A stretch of DNA of 64,000 bases from Bacteroidaceae bacterium (GTDB lineage Bacteria; Bacteroidota; Bacteroidia; Bacteroidales; Bacteroidaceae), in contig JAZUKS010000084.1 in assembly GCA_045643405.1 (NCBI GenBank), positions 1,299-65,298 of the forward strand. The letters are read 5' to 3'. Of the stretch, positions 19,905 through 28,667 are shown piece after piece. Made by a program: the position numbers and the translations under genes. The first letter of the stretch is position 1. Every line of letters starts with the position of its first letter. The notes below the pieces were generated by a model. The model had not been told where the DNA came from. It did not search any database and saw only the letters and a program-made list of their open reading frames with translations.

Positions 19905-21428
19905 TTACCTTCTCGTCTTACGTGCGCTGGCACCAGCACCACCGCCACTGCTTCTCGGAGCCTTGGCTCTCGAACCCTTTGCAACGGCTCTTGAGTCTGC
20001 CTTATTGTTATCGGTCACCATGCTGCGAACGCAACGGAAACCAATGTACGAGCGGGGCTGGTTCTGGTATTCGTAACTACGCCAAGCAGAGAGAATCATG
20101 CTCTCGGGGTCCTTCCACGAACCACCACGAACCGACTTCTTCTTCAGTCTGTAGGGGTCCTCCTTGGCGGCATTGTACTTCAGCTCGGGGTTCATGTCGC
20201 TCATGCTCTCCACACCTGCCTCAGTATATACGGTACTGGTCCACTCGGCCACGTTTCCGGCCATGTCGTACAAACCGTTTGAGTTGGCGCTGAAGATACC
20301 ACAACGCGAGGTAATCAGACTACCATCCTTGGTATAGTTACCACGATCGGGCTTGAAGTTGGCATAGAAGCAACCCTTGTCACTCTTCACGTCCTGACTC
20401 TCCCAGGGGAAGGGATTACCCTCCTTGCCACGGGCTGCAAACTCCCACTCCACCTCAGTCGGCAGACGATAGCGCTGGATGTTCTTGGCAGCATCGCCCA
20501 AACCCTTGAGCAGGAAGTTGGTACGCCAAACGCAGAAGGCATTGGCCTGCTCCCAAGTGACACCTACCACAGGATAGTCGTCATAGACGGGATTCGAGAA
20601 ATAGAGTTTCATATAACGCTCGTTGTCAGCATTGCGGAAGTCGTTCACCCAGCAAGTAGTGTCGGGGAAGATGTTGACAATGTACGTATTCAGGAAGTCA
20701 TAAGGACCCGTCAGAGGACGTGTGATGGTTTGACGCACAATCTTGCCATCATCATCAATCCATGCCGTATCCTTGCTAATCATGGGCACCTCATCGCTTA
20801 CCGCATGATCGGTATTGAGGTCGCGCTCCTCGGGATTAAGACGATAGCGACGCTGAGCAGCAGCGGCATAGTCGTAGATTTCATAACGGTAGTTCATCTG
20901 TCTGGCATCCAGCATCTTGGTACCATCAATGGGATGGTACACATAGAGACTCTCAATGGCACGCTCCTCCTCCTCGTTGGGCTTGCGGGGCAGAGCCTTG
21001 TTCCAGTTCAGACGGGGAACAGGCAGGTCATTGCCATCCTTGTCCACCTCAATCTTGTAAGTCTCGTCACCACCATAGGCAGGGTCAGCCAAACGCTCGC
21101 GGATGATGCTGTCGCGCACCCAGTAGACAAACTGACGATACTTGGAGTTAGAAACTTCGTACTCGTCCATCCAGAATCCGTCAACAGAAATGTCACGGGT
21201 AGGCATCTGCAGACCCCACAACGAGTCGGCCTCCATACCCACCTTGAGCGAACCTTTGTGAACTGCCACCATGCCAAAAGGTGCAGGTTCGTTGAAGGCC
21301 TGGCCACGCGAGCCAGTCACCTCGCCTCCCGTAGCCATGGCTGAGGATTGCGAACCCATACAGGCCGTGAGCGCTACGCTCACCACCATGATGGCCATCA
21401 TTACTATTGTCTTTATCTTCATAATCAA
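19905..21428 (-). CDS. porK: T9SS outer-membrane-associated lipoprotein PorK/GldK (FGE-sulfatase fold)
   Basis: 507 aa. The lipobox is SVALTAC. FGE/SUMF1-type motifs are present (VTWEQANAFCVW, NVAEWT, RGGSWKD). It follows porP directly. Confidence 0.9.
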   Translation of the reverse strand: MIMKIKTIVMMAIMVVSVALTACMGSQSSAMATGGEVTGSRGQAFNEPAPFGMVAVHKGSLKVGMEADSLWGLQMPTRDISVDGFWMDEYEVSNSKYRQFVYWVRDSIIRERLADPAYGGDETYKIEVDKDGNDLPVPRLNWNKALPRKPNEEEERAIESLYVYHPIDGTKMLDARQMNYRYEIYDYAAAAQRRYRLNPEERDLNTDHAVSDEVPMISKDTAWIDDDGKIVRQTITRPLTGPYDFLNTYIVNIFPDTTCWVNDFRNADNERYMKLYFSNPVYDDYPVVGVTWEQANAFCVWRTNFLLKGLGDAAKNIQRYRLPTEVEWEFAARGKEGNPFPWESQDVKSDKGCFYANFKPDRGNYTKDGSLITSRCGIFSANSNGLYDMAGNVAEWTSTVYTEAGVESMSDMNPELKYNAAKEDPYRLKKKSVRGGSWKDPESMILSAWRSYEYQNQPRSYIGFRCVRSMVTDNNKADSRAVAKGSRAKAPRSSGGGAGASARKTRR

Positions 21429-21430
21429 AT

Positions 21431-22372
21431 TTATAGTATTCTTACACTCTGATGCTTATTCTTGCCCTTCTTGAAAAGGTTGAGGTCGGTACTGTAGCCC
21501 AGCACAATCTCATGTGTGCCTTGCAGGGCTCCCACACCTCCGGTGAACATCTCGTAACTGTAACCTATGTTGATACCCTGAAAGGTGGTACCGAAGAGGA
21601 GTCCCACTGAGGTCATCGGACTATAGGTCAAACCGCCATAAAACCTTATCTTCTCGCCGTTGTAGGCCAGACGGGCAGAGATGTCGCCTCGCCATGCCAC
21701 CAAGTCGGTACGCAAGATACCGCTGGTGTAGAGCACATACTCCTTTTGGCGGAAATGGAACGTATAGCCTGCCGTGGCAAAGAGGTTGGGCGAATAGTCA
21801 ATCTCGTTGACCTTGTCGTCGCCTAACATTACCTTGGGCGAGAGTACGTGCATGGCACTCAAACCCGCATACCACTTGTCCTTGTACGTGTAGCGGACTC
21901 CGGCATCAAGGTCGAAAGCCGTACCGTCTACCTGCCCCGACGCAAACACGGGGTCGCCCGAGTCAGAGACATCTACCTTCGAACCATCAAAGTCCTCCGT
22001 CAGCAATGCCGGACGGAAACCAAAGCTGAGGCGCCCGCCCTTGAAAGGCTGATGATATGCGTATTGCAAATAAATCTTTTTGTGTGTGAAGAGGCCAATA
22101 GCATCATTCACGAAACCAACGCCAGCTCCATGGCGCGGACCGAGGAAATAGACAGGCAAGTCAACACCCACCAACATGGTGGCTGGGGCATGCTCGTACC
22201 CCATCATCTGCATCGAATAGGCTCCTTGCAGGGTAAGTTTGCCGTCAAGACCACTTGAGGCAGGGTTGTAGAAACTTTGAAGCGCCCAATAGTTGGTGAA
22301 CGCCACATCCGACTGCGCCTTCATGCCGAAAGCTGCCAGCCAAGCCAGTCCTAACCACAGCAGTCTTTTCAT
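21431..22372 (-). CDS. porP: PorP/SprF family T9SS outer-membrane beta-barrel protein
   Basis: 313 aa with a signal peptide. The start QSDVAFTNYWALQSFYNPASSG is typical of PorP/SprF. It is the first gene of the por operon. Confidence 0.85.
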   Translation of the reverse strand: MKRLLWLGLAWLAAFGMKAQSDVAFTNYWALQSFYNPASSGLDGKLTLQGAYSMQMMGYEHAPATMLVGVDLPVYFLGPRHGAGVGFVNDAIGLFTHKKIYLQYAYHQPFKGGRLSFGFRPALLTEDFDGSKVDVSDSGDPVFASGQVDGTAFDLDAGVRYTYKDKWYAGLSAMHVLSPKVMLGDDKVNEIDYSPNLFATAGYTFHFRQKEYVLYTSGILRTDLVAWRGDISARLAYNGEKIRFYGGLTYSPMTSVGLLFGTTFQGINIGYSYEMFTGGVGALQGTHEIVLGYSTDLNLFKKGKNKHQSVRIL

Positions 22373-22446
22373 CAGTACGTATTATAACGCAAAGGATGGC
22401 CTTTTTATTGTGCCACCCTCCACATTTTAATCTTTTTTCTGCTTTC

Positions 22447-22668
22447 TTAGTACTCGTCCTCGTTGAACAAGAAGTCCTCCTTGGTAGGATAATCAGGCCA
22501 AACATCCTCGATGGTCTCGTAGATGTCGCCCTCATCCTCAATTTCCTGCAGGTTCTCAATTACCTCCATAGGGCAACCCGAACGCATTGCATAATCAATC
22601 AACTCATCCTTGGTTGCAGGCCAGGGAGCATCCTCAAGCTTAGACGCCAATTCCAATGTCCAATACAT
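22447..22668 (-). CDS. DUF2795 domain protein
   Basis: 73 aa. LEDAPWPATKDELIDYAMRSGCPMEVIENLQEIEDEG fits the DUF2795 pattern as I remember it. Confidence 0.7.
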   Translation of the reverse strand: MYWTLELASKLEDAPWPATKDELIDYAMRSGCPMEVIENLQEIEDEGDIYETIEDVWPDYPTKEDFLFNEDEY

Positions 22669-22688
22669 AGTGATATAAATTAGGTTAA

Positions 22689-22727
22689 CAAGTTATCTGT
22701 TTTTGATCAAGTTATCTCTCTTTTGAT
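22689..22727. repeat. Tandem duplication CAAGTTATCTGTTTTTGAT / CAAGTTATCTCTCTTTTGAT
   Basis: Two adjacent 19-20-nt units read directly, lying between a candidate -7 box (22738-22745) and the DUF2795 start. Confidence 0.85.
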
Positions 22728-22737
22728 TAAACGGGCG

Positions 22738-22745
22738 CAAATATA
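22738..22745 (-). promoter_or_regulatory. Candidate -7 box (TAtaTTTG on the minus strand) for the DUF2795/por operon
   Basis: Plus strand reads CAAATATA, about 70 nt upstream of the ATG at 22668. Confidence 0.35.
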
Positions 22746-22786
22746 CACATATTTTATAATAAAACCAAATTATGCGTCTACTTTTT

Positions 22787-23344
22787 TCAGAAATTCACCA
22801 CATAATCCATCTTGTTCAGTTTCAGTCCTTGCATCACGATGCCCACGTCATAAAGGTCGAAAGACAAGGTGGTTCGTGGATCCTTGATGACCTTTTGCCA
22901 TAGCGAAAGATTCTTACGTAGATTATCCACTACCATCACCTTTGCCTGTGGCAAAGCATTTGCATCATCAACACCCTTCGAAAGATATATGAAATCCACT
23001 CCTTCCTGTATGTCAACGACATCAGTCTCCCACTCTGCCTTGGGAACTGCCATTTTCATATAGGTCAATGCCAAAGCATCGTCTCCCAGGAACAGGGAAC
23101 GTTTTGCTTCCGAGAAATTGACAACCCGGAACAGCAACCTCAGCAGTTTACGCGGTCGCATACGGAACGTATTGATGTACCATGGCAACAAACCATCCAG
23201 TTCCTTATAGGCATAATACTGTCCGCGCTCGTAGATGACCTGCGTGATGAAATCAAAGGCAAAGGGCGAATGCACGCCATACCCGCAACGCTTCCTGAAG
23301 CGCTTGAGCCAAATCCAAGGAGAGAGAAATAGCGGTTGTGTCAT
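22787..23344 (-). CDS. Hypothetical protein, possibly a degenerate class I methyltransferase-like fold
   Basis: 185 aa. The N-terminal KRCGYGVHSPFAFDFITQVIYE resembles the start of a Bacteroidetes family usually annotated as SAM-dependent methyltransferase. No intact glycine-rich SAM motif is seen. Confidence 0.45.
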   Translation of the reverse strand: MTQPLFLSPWIWLKRFRKRCGYGVHSPFAFDFITQVIYERGQYYAYKELDGLLPWYINTFRMRPRKLLRLLFRVVNFSEAKRSLFLGDDALALTYMKMAVPKAEWETDVVDIQEGVDFIYLSKGVDDANALPQAKVMVVDNLRKNLSLWQKVIKDPRTTLSFDLYDVGIVMQGLKLNKMDYVVNF

Positions 23345-23566
23345 TTATTCGAAACCATAAAACGTATACCTCTGTCGCGCCAAGCGGTCTTGCCCAGCGC
23401 TTAGGACTGATGGTCAACGGAGAAGGGGCAACACCCTCCCCAAGGAAGGTGACCGAAGGACAGAAGGAGCCCTCTCTTCACATTATAAAAGAGGTGTCAC
23501 AGCGTGACGGAAAGAAATCAGTACCAGCAAAGTACGGACTCAGTACCGACTTGGTATTGGCTTCGC

Positions 23567-24397
23567 CTATCTGTAGCTCTCAATCGCCTTCTCACACTGC
23601 TCCTCCGAGGTGTACTTTTCGAGCAATGAGTTGCAGACCTCCATGATCTGGACACCCGTCATCACGCCCTTGGGCGAGTTGCGCTTTCGCACAATGGCAA
23701 AACCACCTTCACCCTCGGCTTTCATGCAGAGATAGCCCTCTTCATTTACCTTCAATTCAATGGCATCCAGCATACGGTCCAGCGAACTGCGGTCTACCGT
23801 GTCAAGCGTAAGGTTAGCATAGTCGCAAGTCACATTTCCGCCGACTACCTGACCGTTTTCATCCTTCTTGGCCAACTGCTTGCACACGATGAACTCCAGC
23901 ACGTCGTCCTTCTTCCACTCATCATTATTTCCCAGGACTGCCTCTGCCAACTCGCACAACTTCGTCTGGCTGGTCAGCTGGAAATCATCCACAAAAATGT
24001 CGCTCACCAACCAACCGTCCTGCAAAACATAGCCCACCGAAGCCAGCGTGCCAAACGACACCACATAGGGCGCCACGATGGCATTGCTCGCCAACATGGC
24101 CTCCTGCTTCGTCAAGTACACAGGTTGCTGGGAGAGATTGCAACCGACAAACATCGAGTAGTCCGACTGTCCGCCTTTCTTGCCCTGGAAGTTATCCTTC
24201 AAGGATGGTTTCAGACCGCCATACAATGCCACGATGTTCTGTTTTTTAGTTCGTTGCATCATCTGGCCACGCGTCTGAGGATTGCGAACACGATCTTGCT
24301 TTGCATACACAAACGTCTGACCGTTGTAACTTCTAAAAATGGAATTGCCTGCCAAACCCGACAAGGTTCCGTTGCTGTTCATTCTTGCCATAATCAA
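23567..24397 (-). CDS. Hypothetical protein, faintly DUF6266-like at the N-terminus
   Basis: 276 aa with no signal peptide. The N-terminus NGTLSGLAGNSIFRSYNGQTFVYAKQDRVRNPQTRGQMMQR recalls the DUF6266 pattern, from memory only. Confidence 0.45.
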   Translation of the reverse strand: MIMARMNSNGTLSGLAGNSIFRSYNGQTFVYAKQDRVRNPQTRGQMMQRTKKQNIVALYGGLKPSLKDNFQGKKGGQSDYSMFVGCNLSQQPVYLTKQEAMLASNAIVAPYVVSFGTLASVGYVLQDGWLVSDIFVDDFQLTSQTKLCELAEAVLGNNDEWKKDDVLEFIVCKQLAKKDENGQVVGGNVTCDYANLTLDTVDRSSLDRMLDAIELKVNEEGYLCMKAEGEGGFAIVRKRNSPKGVMTGVQIMEVCNSLLEKYTSEEQCEKAIESYR

Positions 24398-24486
24398 TCG
24401 TTCGAGGTGACTCTAATGTTCCTCCGACGCAAAATTAATGAAATCCCATTAAAATACCAAGTAAATTACAATATTTTTTAGAAATC

Positions 24487-24530
24487 ATTGGACTTTAATT
24501 GGAGTTTAATTGGAATTTGATTGGAGTCAA
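24487..24530. repeat. 11-nt tandem repeat x4 (ATTGGANTTTA)
   Basis: ATTGGACTTTA ATTGGAGTTTA ATTGGAATTTG ATTGGAGTCAA, read directly. Confidence 0.9.
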
Positions 24531-24762
24531 GGTGCAAGCTCCTCGCAAAAAGCACACAGTTTCAGGACTGTATTTCGGATCTGAAATCTGGCATTTCTCA
24601 TGTTCCGCACAAAAGCAGAAACAACTGAGCACGAGGGGAAAACGCGCAAAACAAAGCAACGAAAAACGCAAGAACACGCATAATTAGGCAATTAACTAAT
24701 AAAATAAGGTATAAACAGACCAAAAATATGACCAAAGATTTGGTTAGTTGACAAGGAAATCG

Positions 24763-24770
24763 TATTTTTG
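24763..24770 (+). promoter_or_regulatory. Candidate -7 box TAttTTTG for the first cargo gene
   Basis: TATTTTTG followed by CA, 64 nt upstream of the ATG at 24834. Confidence 0.5.
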
Positions 24771-24833
24771 CAAGAAACTAATACGTGAAATTTTCAACTA
24801 ATTAAATATTTACTTACCTAAATCCAAAACGTT

Positions 24834-27800
24834 ATGAAGAAATTTACTTCTTTATTGACAATGTTGCTATTGTGCCTATGTAGCACGACAGCATGGGCAG
24901 ACGAAGAGATGATTGTGCTCGACAAAGAGACCAATCTGATTGAAGATGCCAGTCAGATTTCATCGCCCATGACAGAGCCCAGCGAGGGTTCCATCGAGGC
25001 AATGATTGACGGTAATGCCGATTCATTCTGGCATTCAAAGTGGAGCGGTGGCCGTAATCCCGGTCACGGAGTGGACTACTTCCAGGTGAAGGTAGATGAA
25101 ATGACCGAGTATTTCGGTTTCACCTTTACCCGTCGCAACAACAACGGCAACCAGATTACACAGTGGAGCGTGTATGGCGTTCCCGCAGACAAACTGGACG
25201 CAGAGAAAAGCGAATGCGAACTGTTGGCAGAGGTTGAGACTCCTTGCAGCAACTACACCGAGACCCTGAGTTCACAGGTAATCGAGAGCAAGGGCTACAC
25301 AGTTATCCGCTTCTACGAGGAGAACACGACCGGCGATGCAGGTTTCTTCCACGTAGCAGAGTTCGCCATCAATCCCGGCATGGTTATCGAGGCAAGAGAC
25401 GCCATCATGGAGGAACTCACCGCAACCTACGCTCAGATAAGCGAGGTTATCGAGAGCATGGTGGCTGGTACACGTCCTACACAGTATGACGAGGCTGCAT
25501 TGGCAGCACTTCAGGCAGCCTACAACGCTGCTGCCGTCATCGACGAGCCCGAGGCAGAGGAACTGACCACCGACCAGCTCAAGAAACTCAACAGCGACTT
25601 GCTGGAGGCCTATAAGGCAGTTCAGGCAACACGCGTTCCCTACGCAATGGACATCAAGCCCGGTTACTACTACCTGCGTGCAGGTTTGGGTTACTACACC
25701 GAAGAGACAACCGAGGACACCGAAGATCCCGAGACTGGCGAGACCATTCCCGGCGAGAGCATCAGAACCTACCACGTAAAGGGTATGTATGCTGACGACA
25801 CCAAGGCTATGTGGGGCGACCTGGACAAGGAGAGCGTCAAGTTCCTTTGGAAGATTGATGCCGTAGCCGACACCACTAAGTGCTACACCCTGACCAACAT
25901 GGCCAAGAAATATCAGCCCACCGCTACCATCGGTACCTTGGGTGCAGAAGGCAAGCCCGTCAGCTTCGACTATGCCGGCGAGAGCGAGAGCGACAACTTC
26001 CAAGAGGGTCTTGTAGAGTACTACAACATCCGTCTTACTACTGCTAAGGAGCGCGAGGGTGCTACCTATATTCATCAGAACAATCACGCTAGCGGTGCCG
26101 GCAAGGGCAGCAACATCGTAGGCTGGTACAACACCTTCGATGCAGAACTCGAAAAGGCAAACGGTAGCGAGTGGGTACTCATCCCCGTTGACGAGGAGAC
26201 TGCCAAGAAGATCATCGAGGGTCCTGCTACCCAGATTGCCAACATGATTGAGGAGGCACAGAAGATCAGCGAGAATGCTCCCGAAGAGTTCAAGATTGCC
26301 AAGGACATCCACACCGACCTCAACCTGGAGAAGGGTCTTATCACCGACGCCAGCCAGTTCAGCAGTCCCTGGACCCAGAGCAAGTTTGGTGCTCCCGACG
26401 GTGGAGAGTTGGAGGATGGCGTACTTATCGACAACGACCCCAACACCTACTGGCACAGCAAGTGGGCAGCAGGCGGTACAGAGCATGGTGTGCAGTACCT
26501 GCAGATCAGCGACATTGATACCAGCATCGACGGTGTAGCCTTCCAGATGGTTCGCCGCAAGAACAATTCAGACCACCTCTCTAAGCTCAGCGTATATGGT
26601 GTGACTCCCGCTCAGGCTGACGATGAGGAGAACAAGGACGAGCTCGAGTTGCTCGCTACTTTGATTCTCGGCAACACCTCTTCTGGTGCTACCGCTATCA
26701 CCGAGCCTTTCGAGACCAAGGGCTACTCTATCATCCGTATCTACGAGGAAGAGACCTTCCAGTGCACAACCTCTGGTTGCTGGCATGCTGCCGAAATCCA
26801 GCTCTATCCCGCTAAGATGGGTCAGTACTGGAAGGATGGCGTATCACAGTACGACGCCAACAAGGCACTTGCAGAGGCATTGCAGAGCGCTATCGACGCA
26901 TGGACTGCCAAGGAGTATGTTGCTGACGCTATCAACAGTCCCGAGGACAAGCCTTTTGCTGACGACTACAAGAAGGTAATTGATGCTTACAACGCTTGGA
27001 AGGCTGTATACGTTGATCCTACCGACCTCCGTGCTGCCGTTGAGGCTGCAGGCAAGGCTGCAGCAGGTGCCAACACTGCTATCGGAAACAACCCCGGTCA
27101 GTTCAAGAGTGCTGACATTGAGGCTGTCAACAGCAAGATTGCCGCTGCGAACGATTATGACAAGGCTGGTAAGTACACTCCCGAGAAGTCACAGGAGATC
27201 ATCGACGGTTTGGCTGTTGCCAACATCATGGCAAAGGCCAACCCCATCCAGACCGGCAAGTGGTACAGCATCCGCTTCGGTACCGAGCAAGAGTATGAGG
27301 CTGCTGGTTGGGACAAGAGTCCTGTGAAGGAAGTCATGAACGAGACTGCTAACGTAGAGGTTAGCCACGCATTGTATGGCAAGGTAATTGCCGTAGCAAA
27401 GCATGTCAACCAGACCATCGAGTATACCAATGGTGAGGGTGAGACCGTCAAGGACACCCAGTACAATGTAGAAGAGTGGAACGCAGAGGACGCATCGCTC
27501 AACGCTGGCGTTGCCTTTATCAGCACAGACGAGTTGACCAACAACGACGCAGCCTTGTGGCAGTTCATCGCTATTGGCGATACCGCTTATGTACTGCAGA
27601 ACAAGGCTACCGGCCTCTACCTGCGTGCCAACGGTGCTGCTGGCGCTACCCGCCTGAGCGTTCAGCCTACCACCTTCAATACCAGCGCAGTAGGTTATGG
27701 CAAGAGCCCCATCAAGGCATACGCTTTGACCGGTGAGGACAACACTTACCTGCATACTGAGCGTGCTACCAACAACCTCGTAACCTGGAACGCTTACACC

Positions 27801-28502
27801 GTCGACAGCAACTCGGCACTCTACATCGAGGAGAAGGGCGACGTTACCGAGCAGCCCAGCAACGAGTTCACCATGAGCGTATGGCCCGGTCAGATTAAGA
27901 CCATGTGCTACCCCACCTCACTCGAGGCTAAGGATGGCCAGTTCTACAAGGCAGAAATCAACGGAACCGTTGTTACCCTGAGTCCCATTGCTGGCAATAA
28001 GGCCAATGCAGGTCAGCCCGTGGTTTACATCAAGGGCAGTGCAGAGGACTACAAGCCTCTCCAGGACGACAAGGAGAAGGAAGGTTACAATGCTGACCTT
28101 TATGAGACTGCTACCCTTATCCACGGTACAGAGTTCGTAGCAGAAGCTGGCGTATTCGGTGCCTTGACCGGTAGCTTCAGCCAGATTACCATTGCCAAGG
28201 GTAACATCTGGGCATCAAACGAGGAGGCAGAGAAGGCTGGCTTCGAGATTACATCAAAGAGCAGTAATACCCTGGGCGCTAACACCGCTTATATCAACAC
28301 AGAGGTTGAGGACGCAGAGATTACCATCGAGATCTCAGGCAATGAGGTTGACGGCATCAGCAGTGCTATTGCAACCGTCAGCAAGGTGGGTGGCATCTAC
28401 ACCATCGACGGCAAGTTCGTTGTCAACGGAAACATCAATTCTCTGAAGAATATGCCTAAAGGCATCTACGTAGTAAACGGTGTTAAGGTTGCAGTGAAGT
28501 AA
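24834..28502 (+). CDS. Giant T9SS-secreted protein: tandem duplicated module (discoidin/F5-8 type C-like domain, then a helical linker, then a carbohydrate-binding-like domain) plus a C-terminal T9SS sorting domain
   Basis: 1222 aa with signal peptide MKKFTSLLTMLLLCLCSTTAWA. There are two discoidin-type signatures (MIDGNADSFWHSKWSGG and LIDNDPNTYWHSKWAAGG), each followed by F.F.RR.NN....Q.SVYG. The C-terminus GGIYTIDGKFVVNGNINSLKNMPKGIYVVNGVKVAVK is a typical Por/T9SS CTD. Confidence 0.75.
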   Translation: MKKFTSLLTMLLLCLCSTTAWADEEMIVLDKETNLIEDASQISSPMTEPSEGSIEAMIDGNADSFWHSKWSGGRNPGHGVDYFQVKVDEMTEYFGFTFTRRNNNGNQITQWSVYGVPADKLDAEKSECELLAEVETPCSNYTETLSSQVIESKGYTVIRFYEENTTGDAGFFHVAEFAINPGMVIEARDAIMEELTATYAQISEVIESMVAGTRPTQYDEAALAALQAAYNAAAVIDEPEAEELTTDQLKKLNSDLLEAYKAVQATRVPYAMDIKPGYYYLRAGLGYYTEETTEDTEDPETGETIPGESIRTYHVKGMYADDTKAMWGDLDKESVKFLWKIDAVADTTKCYTLTNMAKKYQPTATIGTLGAEGKPVSFDYAGESESDNFQEGLVEYYNIRLTTAKEREGATYIHQNNHASGAGKGSNIVGWYNTFDAELEKANGSEWVLIPVDEETAKKIIEGPATQIANMIEEAQKISENAPEEFKIAKDIHTDLNLEKGLITDASQFSSPWTQSKFGAPDGGELEDGVLIDNDPNTYWHSKWAAGGTEHGVQYLQISDIDTSIDGVAFQMVRRKNNSDHLSKLSVYGVTPAQADDEENKDELELLATLILGNTSSGATAITEPFETKGYSIIRIYEEETFQCTTSGCWHAAEIQLYPAKMGQYWKDGVSQYDANKALAEALQSAIDAWTAKEYVADAINSPEDKPFADDYKKVIDAYNAWKAVYVDPTDLRAAVEAAGKAAAGANTAIGNNPGQFKSADIEAVNSKIAAANDYDKAGKYTPEKSQEIIDGLAVANIMAKANPIQTGKWYSIRFGTEQEYEAAGWDKSPVKEVMNETANVEVSHALYGKVIAVAKHVNQTIEYTNGEGETVKDTQYNVEEWNAEDASLNAGVAFISTDELTNNDAALWQFIAIGDTAYVLQNKATGLYLRANGAAGATRLSVQPTTFNTSAVGYGKSPIKAYALTGEDNTYLHTERATNNLVTWNAYTVDSNSALYIEEKGDVTEQPSNEFTMSVWPGQIKTMCYPTSLEAKDGQFYKAEINGTVVTLSPIAGNKANAGQPVVYIKGSAEDYKPLQDDKEKEGYNADLYETATLIHGTEFVAEAGVFGALTGSFSQITIAKGNIWASNEEAEKAGFEITSKSSNTLGANTAYINTEVEDAEITIEISGNEVDGISSAIATVSKVGGIYTIDGKFVVNGNINSLKNMPKGIYVVNGVKVAVK

Positions 28503-28554
28503 GCAAAAAATGAGGAACAACGGAATAGTATAAACTATTTTATCCTCAATAGTC

Positions 28555-28595
28555 AAAAAAAAGTCCGAAGGTTTGCTCCTTCGGGCTTTTTTTTA
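28555..28595 (+). terminator. Rho-independent terminator after the first cargo gene
   Basis: A-run, then GTCCGAAGG-tttgct-CCTTCGGGC (9-bp stem with one G-U pair), then TTTTTTTT. Confidence 0.8.
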
Positions 28596-28603
28596 TAATT
28601 TTG
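28596..28603 (+). promoter_or_regulatory. Candidate -7 box TAatTTTG for the M60-like gene
   Basis: TAATTTTG lies directly after the terminator, 65 nt upstream of the ATG at 28668. Confidence 0.45.
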
Positions 28604-28667
28604 TACGATTAATATTCTAAAAAGAAAGTCTGAAAACCACCAACGCTCACAAAAAACATAGAATACC

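Noticed and set aside
23345-23566. A 220-nt relatively GC-rich untranslated gap (track ORF 23338..23646), considered as a possible riboswitch or ncRNA upstream of the 185-aa gene.
   Set aside because: I could not recognise any known riboswitch core (no B12 box, TPP or SAM signatures) or a convincing conserved structure by eye. The plus-strand ORF overlaps the 3' end of the neighbouring gene and looks spurious. Not enough evidence to report.
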